A stretch of DNA of 64,000 nucleotides from Octopus vulgaris (GCA_951406725.2 OX597836.1:7378001-7442000), one strand, 5' to 3'; counted from the first letter of the stretch, positions 24,133 through 38,019 are shown. Made by a program: numbers and translations. Notes: a model not told the origin generated them from the letters alone.

Positions 24133-25182
24133 CCGTAAAAACCCATGTAATTTATGCACTTTTACACAAAAATTAAAATAAACTCTCAGGGGTGTGTAGG
24201 TTACATGAGTAGATTGTTTCCAAATTTTTTTGAAATTTCTTTTTTAAAAAAAGACGTGCAAAATGTAAACATTTGTACCAGAAATTGACTCATTTAATAT
24301 CAGAATGGGTTTTTACAGAAAAAATAATTGCTTAAATACGCATACGAAGTTGACTTTTATTTATGCTGGACGGTATAATGCTTACTTTTTCTGTATAAAT
24401 TTACTAAAACCATTAAATGGTTAACTATTTTTTGAAGTCCAACGTTCATGCTGGCAAACACGGTCTGAGCCATATTTTACATCGCTTGGAGTTTCTACCT
24501 ATCGCAATGGAGCACATATTTAATTTAAGTTCTGCCCATACTGACAATAACGGTAATGACAAATTTTTAAAGTTTACTTGACATTTTAAAAGTGTGAAAG
24601 AGATTAAAATTTCGACACTCCGTATCAAAGGTTCCGACAACAAAAGGCGGAAAAGAATTCTGTTTACATAATCAGCTTGGTCAGTCACCTTCCTCTGTTG
24701 GCTGAGTAAAGTATCATCCAAGCTGATGTTTATTGGTAATTAAACTTAATTTGCAACACCTGTGCGTATTTATCAGCTTTGTTTTTGTTGGTAATTCTCA
24801 TCAACAACTTTTCCTGTGATCGTGATTTGAGAAGACATACAGCAGTATTCTAAAGATCAGACATAATCTCTCGTGGCCAAGAAATGTCAAATAAAGTTTA
24901 TTATAAACAACACAAACACTTTGTAATTTAATAGCTTTTAATGTGATACCTGTTAAAACAGAAATTACTTTTATCCAATGAAAATTTAATAAAATCTAAT
25001 CAAAAATAAGTGAAATTATGCTAAATACAACTAAACTGAAAACCCTTTTCCCCTGGCCATATTGGCGATTCTGAAAACTTTTGGGTGCGAATTTTACATG
25101 CGAAGCTTTTTTTTAACAATTTTTATCCTGAAAATCACCTGCGTAAATTACACAGGTGCGCAAATCACATGGGTTTTTGCAG
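24133..25182. mobile_element. Non-autonomous Tc1/mariner-superfamily (Tc2/pogo-like) element
   Basis: TA-flanked ~27-bp TIRs ccgtaaaaacccatgtaatttatgcac / gtgcgcaaatcacatgggtttttgcag; no transposase ORF seen. Confidence 0.8.
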
Positions 25183-26054
25183 TATATATACCATTTTATC
25201 ACAGTAGGATCACAAGAGAGACTATCATCTCCTCATCAAAACTGAAGGGTCCCCAATAAAACTGAAAAGCTCCTGACAACATGAAGAAGCCTTCAACAAG
25301 TTATCTTGACCCTATGTGGTCTCTGCTCATTTACCAACAGCTTTGCAGAGTGTATTATTGATTAACTCAATCCCAGAGCTTCACTGCTACTCCATTTTAT
25401 CGGCAACTGTGTACAGCACCATCCACAATGATAGAATCTGTTCCGTTGCTTACTTTTTCTCTTCTCTCCATCTGTTTTCTCTCCTTATTCCTTTCTTTAG
25501 AAGAATGGAAGCTTGAAACATCAAAGACTCTTCCATTTTACTTGAACATCAAAATAATAATACCTTCTTTGTTGTTCTCTCATCTGTCTCTGTCCTTTGG
25601 GGACGTTTTTTGGACAATTTTGAGTTGCTTATTTTATCAATGCCAGAAGAACGAAAATCAAAGTTGACCCAATTAGGATTTTAACTAAATAAACACAAGG
25701 CATTTTGTTCGACAAGTTTGCTTCTCCACTGCTCCACTGCGACTCTCATCATCATCATCATCATCATCTTCATTTAACATCTGTTTTCCATGCTGGCATG
25801 GGTTGGACAGTTTGGCAGGAACTGGCTAACCTAAAGGACTGCACCAGGCTCCATTTTGGAATGGTTTCTAAAGCTGGATGCCCTTCCTAAAACCAATCAC
25901 TTTACAGAGTGAATTGGGTGCTTTTTACATAGTACTAGTCAGGTGTTTTTATGTGGCAAGCCAGAGTACAACACCAAGATCCATTTTTCTGTTTTGGCAT
26001 GGTCTTTATAGCTGGATGCCCTTCATGATGACAACTAGTTTACAAAGTGGACTG

Positions 26055-26596
26055 GGTACTTTTTACATGGTACCATCACAGGTACTTTTTACATGGCACC
26101 ATCACAGGTACTTTTTACAAGCCACAATCACAGGTACTTTTTACATGGCACCATCACAGGTACTTTTTACAAGGCACAATCACAGGTACTTTTTACATGG
26201 TACCATCACAGGTACTTTTTACATGGCACCATCACAGGTACTTTTTACATGGTACCATCACAGGTACTTTTTACATGGTACCATCACAGGTACTTTTTAC
26301 ATGGCACCATCACAGGTACTTTTTACAAGGCACCATCACAGGTACTTTTTACATGGTACCATCACAGGTACTTTTTACATGGCACCATCACAGGTACTTT
26401 TTACAAGGCACCATCACAGGTACTTTTTACATGGTACCATCACAGGTACTTTTTTACAAGGCACCATCACAGGTACTTTTTACATGGTACCATCACAGGT
26501 ACTTTTTACATGGCACCATCACAGGTACTTTTTACATGGTACCATCACAGGTACTTTTTACATGGTACCATCACAGGTACTTATCTACGTGGCACC
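26055..26596. repeat. 26-bp minisatellite, ~20 copies
   Basis: Unit ggtactttttacatgg(t/c)accatcaca; explains the three overlapping ORFs with 26-aa periodicity. Confidence 0.95.
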
Positions 26597-28059
26597 AGCT
26601 GGGTGTCTTTATGTGGGGCCACCATGGGTGCTTTTTTTTATGCGACACCGCTATCCTACTAAAAGCAGATCTACAAAATCTACAAGTACCAAAGTAATCA
26701 GAAACGCTATATTTAGCAAGACCGAAATTACATAAACCCGTTGGTACAGACTGACTTTTATCGAGGACAGCATGGAGAAATCAACAACAACAACAACATC
26801 AACAACATCAACAACAATAGTGAATGTATTTTTAAAGCCAAAACACAGATAAGACCAAAGTTTATGTTCTATCTCATTCAAACTATATCTGTCTAGATAT
26901 AGTTTTAAAACTATATTTAAAACAGTTTATGGAAAAACAACAGCCATATTCATTATCAAAAAGAAATCCTTTATCACTCATTTGTTTTAGCTCTGCTGTT
27001 GTTCTTGCTGTTGTTGTTGTTGTTGTTATTGTTATTGTTGTTGTTTTGGGGGGTTTTTTTGTTTTAATTTTAAATTGATATGTGTTATGTTCTGTTCTGT
27101 TATTTTGATTTTTCTTTTTTTTTAGAGATTAGTCAGACGAGGAAGGGCCGTATCCATGAGCTTCGTTAGTACTCTGAGATTGGGGTGGGGGGTAAGTGGG
27201 GTTGGAGGGGAAGAACGGAGAAAGAGACAAGGTCCAAAAAAGCTTGCAACAAAGAGGACTCTGCAAAAGGCACCCAAGAACCTGGTGGTGGTGGTGGTGG
27301 TGGTGGTGGTGGTGGTGGTGATAGTGGTGGTGGCAGCGGCAGCGGTGGTGACAGTGGTGACAATAGCAATGGTGGTGGTGTTGGTGATGGTAGTGATAGC
27401 TGTGATAGTGACGGTGGTGGTAGTGCTGGTGATGGTTGTGGTGATGGTGATGGTTGTGAAGGTGGTGGTGGTGGTGGCAGCAGTGGTGGTGATGGTGATA
27501 GTGGTGATGGTGATGGTGATAGTGGCAGTGGCAGCAGTGGTGGTGGTGGTTATGATGGTGGTGGCACATCAACATTTTCACTTCCTTCAGTGATACATCC
27601 CACTCAGTAGAGGAGTCTTATCTTGTGAGTATTTGGTAACCCCACTAGTGCCGGTGCTACATAAAACATACCACTCAGTAGACTCTCTAAGATGGTTAGC
27701 CTCAGGAAGAGCACCCAGCTGTAGAGACCTTACCAAAGCAGACATCAGAGCCCAGTGCTGCCCTCTGGCTCATTGGCTCCTGTTGAACCATCCCACTGAT
27801 GCCAGCATGGAAAAAAAGACACTGATGATGGCAGCTGTAATGATGAGGATAACAATGGCAACAATGATGATGATGATGATTATGATGATGATTATGATGA
27901 TGGTTATGAGATTCTATTTTATTTTATCACCCTCCAGAAAGATGATGAAAAACAAAGTTGATCATAGCGAGATTTGAACTCGGAACATAAGAACCCCCAA
28001 GGCATTTCATCTGTCTAACAATCCTAACCATTCTGCCAGAAGAAGCCGTACTATTCCTT

Positions 28060-28746
28060 TATTTGTTTCAGTCATTTGACTGTGGCCATGCTGGAGCACC
28101 ACCTTTTAGTTGAGCAAATCGACCCCCAAGACTTATTCTTTGTAGGCCTAGTACTTATTCTATCAGTCTCTTTTGTTGAACCACTAAGTGACAGGGACGT
28201 AAACACACCAGCATCGGTTGTCAAGCGATGTTAGGGGGACAAACAGACACACAAACATACACATACACACACATATATACATATATATATATATATATCG
28301 TTCGACAGCCTCGCCTGGCCTCCATGCCGGTGGCACATAAAAAGCACCATCCGACCGTGGCCATTTGCCAGCCTCGTCTGGCACCTGTGCCGGTGGCACG
28401 TAAAAAGCACCCACTACACTCATGGAGTGGTTGGCGTTAGGAAGGGCATCCAGCTGTAGAAACATTGCCAGATCAGACTGGGCCTGGCGCAGCCTTCTGG
28501 CTTCCCAGACCCCAGTTGAACCATCCAACCCATGCCAGCATGGAAAGCGGACGCTAAACGATGATGATGATGATGATGATATATATATATATATATATAT
28601 ACGACGGGCTTCTTTCAGTTTCCGTCTACCAAATCCACTCACAAGGCTTTGGTCGGCCCGAGGCTATAGTAGAAGACACTTGCCCAAGGTGCCACGCAGT
28701 GGGACTGAAACCGGAACCATGTGGTTGGTAAGCAAGCTACTTACCA
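28060..28746 (-). mobile_element. Family A SINE with a family C element nested in its central (TA)n
   Basis: 3' module 28060-28300, family C copy 28300-28580 on plus, 5' module 28600-28746. Confidence 0.85.
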
Positions 28747-29792
28747 CAAAAAAAAAATTTTAAATAAACGTAAATATTCTATTATATCTTTGTGGCAGGA
28801 AAGATGTTACCGAAACAACAACAACAACAGCAACAACAAAAAAAAAGAAAAAAGAAAAGAACATTAAAAACGAAATGGTCTTTAAATAACGATGACACTG
28901 TTGAAATTACCCAATTAAAATTAAACACTTGAAAAACAATGAGAGCAACAACTGAATAGCTTTATCTAGAAGTGACCACCTCTGTGGAAATGTGTCAATT
29001 TCATATTCAAGTGCCTCGTATTCAAGTACGATGAGAAAGTACTCCATATTGTCGCTCTCTATCTTTCCCTCTGTCTGTGTGTCCATCTCCCCTTTCTTCG
29101 CTTTTAACTAAATGACCATCACCACAACTATAGCCACAGCCACTCCAACCTCCTCTTCATCGTGAAAAAAACGACCAATCCTGTGATTACTAAGACTGCA
29201 TCACCATCACCATATCATCATCATCATCATCGTCATCACCGTCGTCGTCAGTAGCATGGATGACATCAACAATACCATCAACAATACCGGCTACCACCAA
29301 CAACAGTACCACTGCTCCTGTCATTATCCATGTCACCATCACCACCACCACCACCATCACTAATGCTCCTACTACCACCACCACCATCGTCACTGACTGC
29401 GGTGCCAACATGATCAGCACCACCGCCGCCACCACCACTACTACCACCACCACCATCATTGTCACTACCAGCAGCACTGACATTGTCCCCACCACCTCCA
29501 CCACCTCCACCACCACCACCAACTTGTATTCCAATGAACCTACATAAGAGGTGTGTATTTTTTAAGACACACTGTGTAAAAAGTGATTTTTCTCCTTCCG
29601 TTAGTGTTACTGACCAAATATGGTCATGTCTCCAACAGAGAGGGAGGGTTGGGGGGGAGCAAAATAAAACACAATCAAAATGATTTCATCAGGCTTATAT
29701 ATATATATACATGTATGTATGTATGTATATGTGTGTATATATATGTGTATTTATATGTGTGTGTATGTATATATATATATATATAATATATC

Positions 29793-29847
<55 letters not shown>

Positions 29848-29890
29848 ATATATGTGTGTATATATATGTGTATTTATATGTGTGTGTGTA

Positions 29891-30013
<123 letters not shown>

Positions 30014-30150
30014 GTATATATATGTATATATATATATATCACTGTATATATGTATATATATATGTATATATATGCTGGCCTATAACAACTTGCCGGACTT
30101 GTGTAGGAACTTTTAGGTATATGGTCATGACAGTCATATATATATGTATG

Positions 30151-30181
<31 letters not shown>

Positions 30182-31030
30182 GTATATATACATGTATATA
30201 TATATATGTATATATGTATATATATATGTATATATATATATGTATATATATATATATGTTATATATATATATATATATATATCATCATCATCATCGTTTA
30301 TATGTATATATGTATGTATATATATATATTCTTTCCTTCTTTTACTCATTTCAGGCATTTGACTGTGGCCATGCTGGAGCACCACCTTAAATGATTTTAG
30401 TCAAACAAATCGACCCCAGGACATATTTTCTTTTCTTTTTTTTTTTTAAGCGTAGTATTTATTCTATCAGTCTCTTTCGCCAAACTGCTAAGTTATGGGG
30501 ACATAAACACACCATCACCAGTTGTCAAGTGGTGATGGGGCGGGGGGGGGGGGAAGGACAAACACCGACACAAGACATACACAGATGCTTTGTTCTTTAA
30601 TTCTGCCTTTAGTCGAACAAATCGATCCCAGAACTTATTCTTTGTAAGGTTAGCACTTATTTTAATGGTCTCTTTTGCCGAACCGCTAGGTTACAGGGAC
30701 ATAAACACACCAACGTCAGTTGTCAAGTGATGGAGAGGCTACAAACACAGACACACACAAATATATACATACACACACATATATATATATACACGATGGG
30801 CATCTTTCAGTTTCCATCTACCAAACCCACTCACAAGGATTTGGTCAGCCCAAGGCTATAGTTAAAGACTCTTGCCCAAGGTGCCACAGAGTGGGACTGA
30901 AACCGGAACCATGTGGTTAGTGAGCAAGCTACTTACCACACAGCCACTCCTATATATATATATATATATTAGTTGTTATTAAGTTAGTCATGGCCTGGGT
31001 TAATTCTGACCAAATATCACCAAAGCATAC

Positions 31031-31216
31031 ATAGATCGCTAGCTCCTGCATGCATTTTTTTTCTCTCCTTGTTTTTTTTCTGTGTCCCTTTCTGTAGTAG
31101 AGCGTAGGCTTGAAACGTAAAAGACTTTTTCTATTCCTGAGCGCTATACTAATACATTTGTTTGTTTGTACTCCACCTGCCTTCGTCTTTTGTTTATTTT
31201 CGTAAACCTTCCCGTT
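31031..31216 (+). mobile_element. Short hammerhead-bearing element, copy 2
   Basis: cttt-CTGTAGT-A-GAGC-GTAG-GCTT-GAAAC-GTA-aaag (31088-31123); ends in (TA)n. Confidence 0.65.
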
Positions 31217-32046
31217 ATGTATATATATATATATATATATTTTTCAAAATAGGCAATTGGAAAATTTTTTTTTCATTTATTCACCATTACACATGTTTCT
31301 TTTCTTAATAGGTGTTACAAAATTGTACGTCTGATAGACAACAAGTAAGATATTTGTTAGAAATTCTTCAGGGAGGGAATCAAATAATACAAAATCTACA
31401 ATTGGACAAAGCGTTTATATAGGGTTAGTAATGAAGGACTCTTTAGATAGTTAGAGGGGAGAAAAACATATCTGGTAATATAGGAGAAAGAGGGTTAGAG
31501 TTACAGGATAAAGTAATAATTGAACACAAACAACTATGCACACACATTTACACACATTATATATATATATGTGTGTGTGTGTATATTATATTATAAAGGT
31601 AATGAACAAAAGCAAAATGTAAGGATACAACACAGAAAGGACAAACTTCAACAAATGTATTAATTGGATTAGCTACCCATGCAAATCTATACCAACACAT
31701 ACAGATGATATCTGAAAAGAAACAGCAATTTTAGCGAAATTCTTTTTGAGCCTAGTACTTATTCTATCAGTCTCTTTTGCCGAACCACTAAGTTACGGGG
31801 ACCAGCATCAAGCGATGTTGGGGGGAACAAACACAGACACACAAACATATACACATACACACATATATATATATACATATATACAACGGACTTCTTTCAG
31901 TTTCCGTCTACCAAATCCACTCACAAGGCTTTGGTCGGCCCGAGGCTATAGTTAAAGACTCTTGCCCAAGGTGCCACGCAGTGGGAATGAACCCGGAACC
32001 ATGTGGTTCGTAAGCAAGCTACTTACCACACAGCCACTCCTACGCC

Positions 32047-32112
<66 letters not shown>

Positions 32113-32375
32113 AATCAAACATTAAAAACTGAACATTTAAAATCGTATATTAAAAAATTACCAATAACAAAACGACAAAAGGACGCATGGAATGTATTAG
32201 TTTCACACTGAGTAAAAGTGGGAAAAAAGAGTGGGGTTTTAGTGATTTGAGCATAGCTCTTCGCCAGAAAGAGGAGAAAGGAATGGTCTAGAGAAGGAAA
32301 AGTACATGGGTGGTTACATGGTCAAAGTGACCAAAAGAGAGAGAGAGACTTTTGAGTGTTTTATATGTATAATCA

Positions 32376-32739
32376 TAGTAATCGCGCAACCATCACGGGT
32401 GTTATGTTCCAAAACCTCCCTCAGAAATAATTAAAACCATAAAAAAATATAAATACATATCAGCCGCAGAAACCCGTGATATAAATTTATTAGCCAGAAA
32501 AATCTGCAATGTACTGAGGGTGTGGTAGGTGAACAGTGACACACTGAGTGCATGGTAGGTGAATCGCGATGTACTGAGTGTGCAGTAGGTGACCAGCGAT
32601 GTATTGAGTGCGCGGTAGGTGAACAACAATGTACTGAGTGCACAGTAGATGTGAACAGTGATATACTGAGTGCACGATAGGTGAACTGTGATGTACTGAG
32701 TGCGTAATAGGTGAACCGCAAAATGGTTAGGGATTATTG
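32376..32739. mobile_element. pogo/Tigger-like MITE with expanded 30-bp subterminal repeat (~7 units, 32508-32720)
   Basis: Decayed TIRs tagtaatc...accat / atggttagggattattg; unit gatgtactgagtgcgcggtaggtgaacagc. Confidence 0.6.
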
Positions 32740-32977
32740 TCTATGTGTGTGTATATATATATCATCGTCAGTAAATCATAAATCTAAAAGAGAAACACAC
32801 TAAATTATAGAGTAGGAGAGTAATTAGATAAAAATAGTCATGGCCAATCTGTGGGGTTATCCTGGGTTTCACATCCATAAAGTGCTCAGTTTTACAGAGT
32901 CTCTTCAGACCCTAATGGCTGGTGGCCAATAACCTCTCTGTATATATGTGCGTGTTCACTTTATGTCCATGTTTCAA

Positions 32978-33255
32978 CGGGATTCTCAACCAGGATCCAT
33001 ATCAACATTAGAGGTCCATATGTTTCTTGGGGGTTCATATGACCTTTGGGGGTCCACTTAAGACTTTGGTGTAAAAGGTTATGTGCAGGAAACTGGCTAA
33101 ACTTCTATAATATACAAAATATTTTAGCAAATAATTTGATACAATCCCTAATAATATTTAATTATAAAGCCATGGGATTTTTTAAACACAGGGGTCCTAT
33201 AAAGTTAAATAGGAATCAAAGGGACCCATGGGCAAAATATGGTTGAGAACAACTG
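32978..33255. mobile_element. hAT-type MITE, degenerate
   Basis: Termini ...ttctcaacc / ggttgagaacaactg; internal ggggtcc motifs. Confidence 0.6.
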
Positions 33256-33784
33256 GTTTAAATGAATAAGGTATTGAGGTTTTGCTTTACAGACAAATGC
33301 TCTTCCTGTTGTTAACCCTTGCCTATTTTCATGTAAGGGAACTTCTGTTTCATAACTCTTTAAAAGTAGGAAACAGACAATTTGTGGACAGAAGTGGCAC
33401 TCACAGCTCACAACTTGCAATTTTCATAGACTGCAAAATTAAACATGTAAATGGAGACACATGTGTAGATGCACACACACACACAGAGATTTCTTTCACT
33501 TCTCAGCTACCAAATTCAGTCATAATACACACACACAAACACCATATTTATTCATGTATGAGTCACTCTTTTATATTTTATCTTCACTGATAAAACTTGA
33601 GTACAACTTATACTTGAGTAAATAGGAAATGTTGTGTGCATGTTGATATATCGTTTCATTGTTTAGCGTCTGCTTTCCATGCTAGCATGGGTTGGACATT
33701 TCAACTGGGGTCTGGGAAGCCAGAAGGCTGCACCAGGCCCAGTCTGATCTGGCAATGTTTCTACGGCTGGATGCCCTTCCTAGG

Positions 33785-33972
33785 GGGAAGGTTTACGAAA
33801 ATAAACAAAAGACGAAGGCAGGTGGAGTACAAACAAACAAATGTATTAGTATGGCGCTCAGGAATAGAAATAGAACAAGTCTTTTACATTTCGAGCCTAC
33901 GCTCTTCAACAGAAAGATACACAGAAAAGAAACAAGGAGAGAAAAAAATGCGTGTAGGAGCTGGCGATCTAT
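33785..33972 (-). mobile_element. Short hammerhead-bearing element, copy 3
   Basis: Minus: tcttt-CTGTTGA-A-GAGC-GTAG-GCTC-GAAAT-GTA-aaaga (33880-33917); closely similar to 31031-31216 over its length. Confidence 0.7.
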
Positions 33973-36172
33973 CATATAAAATGATACATATATAATATAG
34001 AATGAGATATATAGATAATATATGAAAACTATTTAACATGATTTTGAAGTTCCAGTCAGCTAAGCTGTCATCAAAATGTAAGAACAAAGGCTCGAAACAT
34101 CAAAATCGTCTTCCATTTTTCTTGAGGACCAAACTAATATACATTGGTGTTCCTTCACTTTTCTCTGTCTTTTGTATAATTTAGCATTATATATATATAT
34201 ATATATATACTCAGACAGTTTGATTTGGTTCTGTACAACTTCAAGTTCCTCAGACCCTTATAAGGAGCCTGTCTTTTTCCAGCTTTGGATTGCCGAAATA
34301 TATATATATATGATATAATGGCAGTGCCCCAGCATGGCCACAGCTCGTGAGCTGAAACTAGATAAAATAAAAAAATAAAATAAATGTGGATAAGATTTAT
34401 TGATGTCATCATTGTTTTAATGTCCACCTTGCTATGTTTGTATTGGTCAGACAAATTTTGTTAGGCAGATTTTATACCAGAGAATGCCCTTCACACCACC
34501 ACCAGCCATCACCATTGTCCAACTAAGGTAACATTTTCCTCAAGTCCTTTGAACATGAACTTGATTTCCGGCAGGATCGTCAACAAATGACACAACCTGT
34601 GCAAAGGTGACATTTGTCATACAGGTAGCATAAAGACGTCAAGACAAAGAGACATTATGTTACACACACAAACACATACATGTATGCCAGGTCACTCTAT
34701 GGGTAACATATAACCTAGTACAACCTGTTACACGGTTGAGTCATTGGTGTCTAAACCAGTAACCCTTACCAAGCAAGCGTGGTAGGATTGCTAGAGAGCC
34801 AATGCCCGTCTGATATAGTGAGGGTTAGATGGTGCTCACCGGACGTAGTGAAGACAATCTACCAAAGAGAAAGTCATCTCTGAAATAAAGAACAATAAGC
34901 TGATAGTATTTTGCGCAGAAATAATCATGATATGAAGATGGTATAGTTTCATCTATGGACAACTGATAATAAATATGTATAGTTTGTATGTCTGTAGAAG
35001 CAAATCCAAAAACAAATAAAAAAGAAAACAGGAAAAAAGAACAAAAGTCAATTGGATGTACAGAGTGGAATATGTTAATATGACACTCAGTGAAAGTTTT
35101 AGATGGAAAACAAGGAGTGGAAATGACATTTCAAGCATGACTCTTTGTTGGAAAGAGGAAAAGTAGGAAGGAACAGATAGTCCAGAAAAAAGCATGTGTC
35201 ATTATAGATATGTATATATATATAATATATATGTTGAACAACAAGAATGAGTGCTTAACACTGTGTTGGTGGATAAAATTTCTTTATTTGTGTATTAAGG
35301 CTACCATTGGTTTCAGGTTCAGAAAAATATCTTAATATCTTAACAAAACAATTTTTCAAGCCGGTCACATGGAAGAATGGTGTCCGTCTCCATTTATGGA
35401 TAAAAACACAAAATGGCTATATATATATATATGGAGTGGTGGCACACACATATTGACAATGTCTTTCAGTTTCCCGCCACTAAATCCCCTCACAAGGCTT
35501 CAGTGGGTACAAAACACTTGCCCAAGGTGCTGTGCTGTTGGACTGAACCTGAAACCACATGGTGGGGAATCAAACTTCTTAACGACACACCCAAGCACAG
35601 ACACACACACACACACACACTACAGGTGCTCTTACTGCTAACTACTTCAGTGCATCTGCTACACATGATGTCTCTCTTCTCTCTCAACCTTTCTGTGATC
35701 CCACTACACTGTTTAACGAGCCACAATTTGTACTACATACCCTACAGATCATGCTTACTCTTGTTCTGTGTATTGAGTATATCTATTTCTAAAATGGTAG
35801 CAGAATGTTCTTTTCTTTCTTACTAATTAAATCTTTTGTTTTTCAAAGCTTAAACTTCTAGGCGTCGCAACTCAAGGATTTCTTTCACATGCTATAAGCA
35901 CAAGCACAGCTGTGCAATTAAGAAGTCCAGTTCATATTTATGAAATCTGAGTATTCATATCTTCAATATCGTTGACGACCTGGTACTTTAACTGTAAGTA
36001 GAGGATTAATGGATTTGTTTAATATGTATAGGAATTTTAATGATGGTAGCACGAGAAATTTGAGAATGGTTCTGGGAATAATTGCTCAAATTGTTTCAAT
36101 TCTTCAGCTTTCAGTAATTATGAAACAAGAACATTTATTGGCTATTAGTAGAATTGTAATATATATTATTAG

Positions 36173-36620
36173 TAGGGCGGTGAGCTGACAGAAGCATTAC
36201 CACAGCGGGTGAAATGCTTACAGGTAGTTCGTCTGTCTTTACATTCTGAGTTCAAATTCTGCCAAGGTCGACTTTGCCTTCCATCCTTTCGGGGTCAATA
36301 AATTAAGTACCAGTTGCATATAGAGGTCGATCTAATTGACTGGGCCCCCCACCTCTGCAAAAATTTCAGGCCTTGTGCCTAGAGTAGAAAAGAATATATA
36401 TTACTAGTAAGGCAGCAAACTGACAGAATTATTTGCACACTAGGTAAACTACTTAGTGGCATTTCATCCATTTTTATGCTCCGAGTTCAAAATCTGCCAA
36501 AGTCAACATTACCTTTCATCCCTCTTAGGGTCAAAAAAGTACCAGTTGAACACTGGGGTCAACATAACTGACTTAATTCCTCCCTGAAATTACTGGCTTT
36601 GTGCCAAAGTTTGAAACCAA
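36173..36620 (+). mobile_element. Two tandem family B SINEs
   Basis: Copies 36173-36393 and 36408-36620; gactttgccttccatcctttcggggtcaataaattaagtaccag. Confidence 0.85.
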
Positions 36621-36624
36621 TATA

Positions 36625-37197
36625 CAGGGAGCGGCAGAATTAACGACCTTTTTTATTTAGCAATTTTTATAGCACAAGAATTATTTTCTTCGGTGAATTT
36701 TATTATATAAAAATTTATTACAGGAGTAAAAGAAACGAATAAAAAAACAATTAATGAAAATAAATTGCAGTAGTTTTATGGAACTTATAAAGTATTGTTC
36801 CATCAAAACAACGTAATCCATTATGATGAAAAATTTAATTAACATGTTCAAAAGGCTCCCCTTCATTTTTAGTACAATTCTGAACACTACTGGCAACATG
36901 TCTACAAACCTTTTGACACATTTTCCTGTTAGAAAATTTATCCACAATTGCTTGTTTTAATTCAGTCTCAAGGAATAAACAAGATTTTTCAATACACCCC
37001 ATAAGATAAAGTCAGATGGTGTTAGGTCTGGTGATCGTGATGGCCCCTCAATTGCTCCACGTCGTCCTCTACACCTCCCCTCAAAATTAAGATTTAACCG
37101 TTCCCGAACATTTAACCCACAGTGAGGCCGTGCACCATCCTGTAGAAAGTAGAAAACTATCAAAAAATACAAAGGGTGTTATTTCTGCCGCACCCTG
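36625..37197 (-). mobile_element. Internally deleted Tc1/mariner element retaining transposase C-terminus
   Basis: TIRs cagggagcggcagaattaac / gttatttctgccgcaccctg; ORF 36957-37172 QDGARPH...GRRGAIEGPSRSPDLTPSDFILWGVLKNLVY (QDGA and SPDLxPxD motifs). Confidence 0.88.
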
Positions 37198-37988
37198 TGT
37201 ATTTCTAGTGTTAAAATAACAGTAAGAAAAAATAGAGAGGTAATAATGGAAAAAAAATGAATTGTTCTGTAGATGGAGAATTTGCATCTTGGAATCTTAG
37301 TTGTCCTCATGGGACTACCCAGCTATGTGATTTTGGCTTCCATGCTCCTACATGGCACTTGGACAAGTGTCTTCTACTATAGCCCTGAGCAAACAGAAGC
37401 CTTGTGAGTGGATTTGGTAGATGGAAACTGAAACAAGTCTATAACAGATCTCTGTGAGTGTGTGTGTGTGTGTGCATGTTGTCTCTGAGTGTCTCCTCCT
37501 TTTGACATTGCACAATGGTAACAAATAATGTGACTATCACAAAAGAGGCTTCATTCATTTCCAATATTCCGTAGAGACATGTCCGTAGCGAAGCATTATT
37601 TAGCTTGAAAACAAGGATTGGCAACAACAAGTGTGCAAATATGCACACACAGCTTTCGTATCCTGTTGTAACACTATATCTTCTCTACTGCGAGAAACCT
37701 GTTCAGTTCTGCCCCCACTACCTTCTTTCATCTCCAGACAAAAAAACCTCTTTCCTTTACTGAAAGGCAGGGCCAGATTAAGACCTGTAGAGACCACAGG
37801 CACTAAAATATTTTGGTGCCACCATATATATGCAATTCAAAGCATAAACAATAAAAACAAAACTAACAACAAAATGGCAAATGATAAAGATTGTTTGCCA
37901 ACATCACATGGCAGTCCTGGTTTAGGACGAATGTTACTGTAATTTAACCCCAAGAGACATCGTCCCCAGCTGGCTATACAATACGATC

Positions 37989-38019
<31 letters not shown>

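Noticed and set aside
25878-26735. 285-aa repeat ORF and CRISPR-like appearance of the 26-bp array
   Set aside because: Contiguous tandem units without unique spacers; open in all three frames; eukaryotic context with no cas genes
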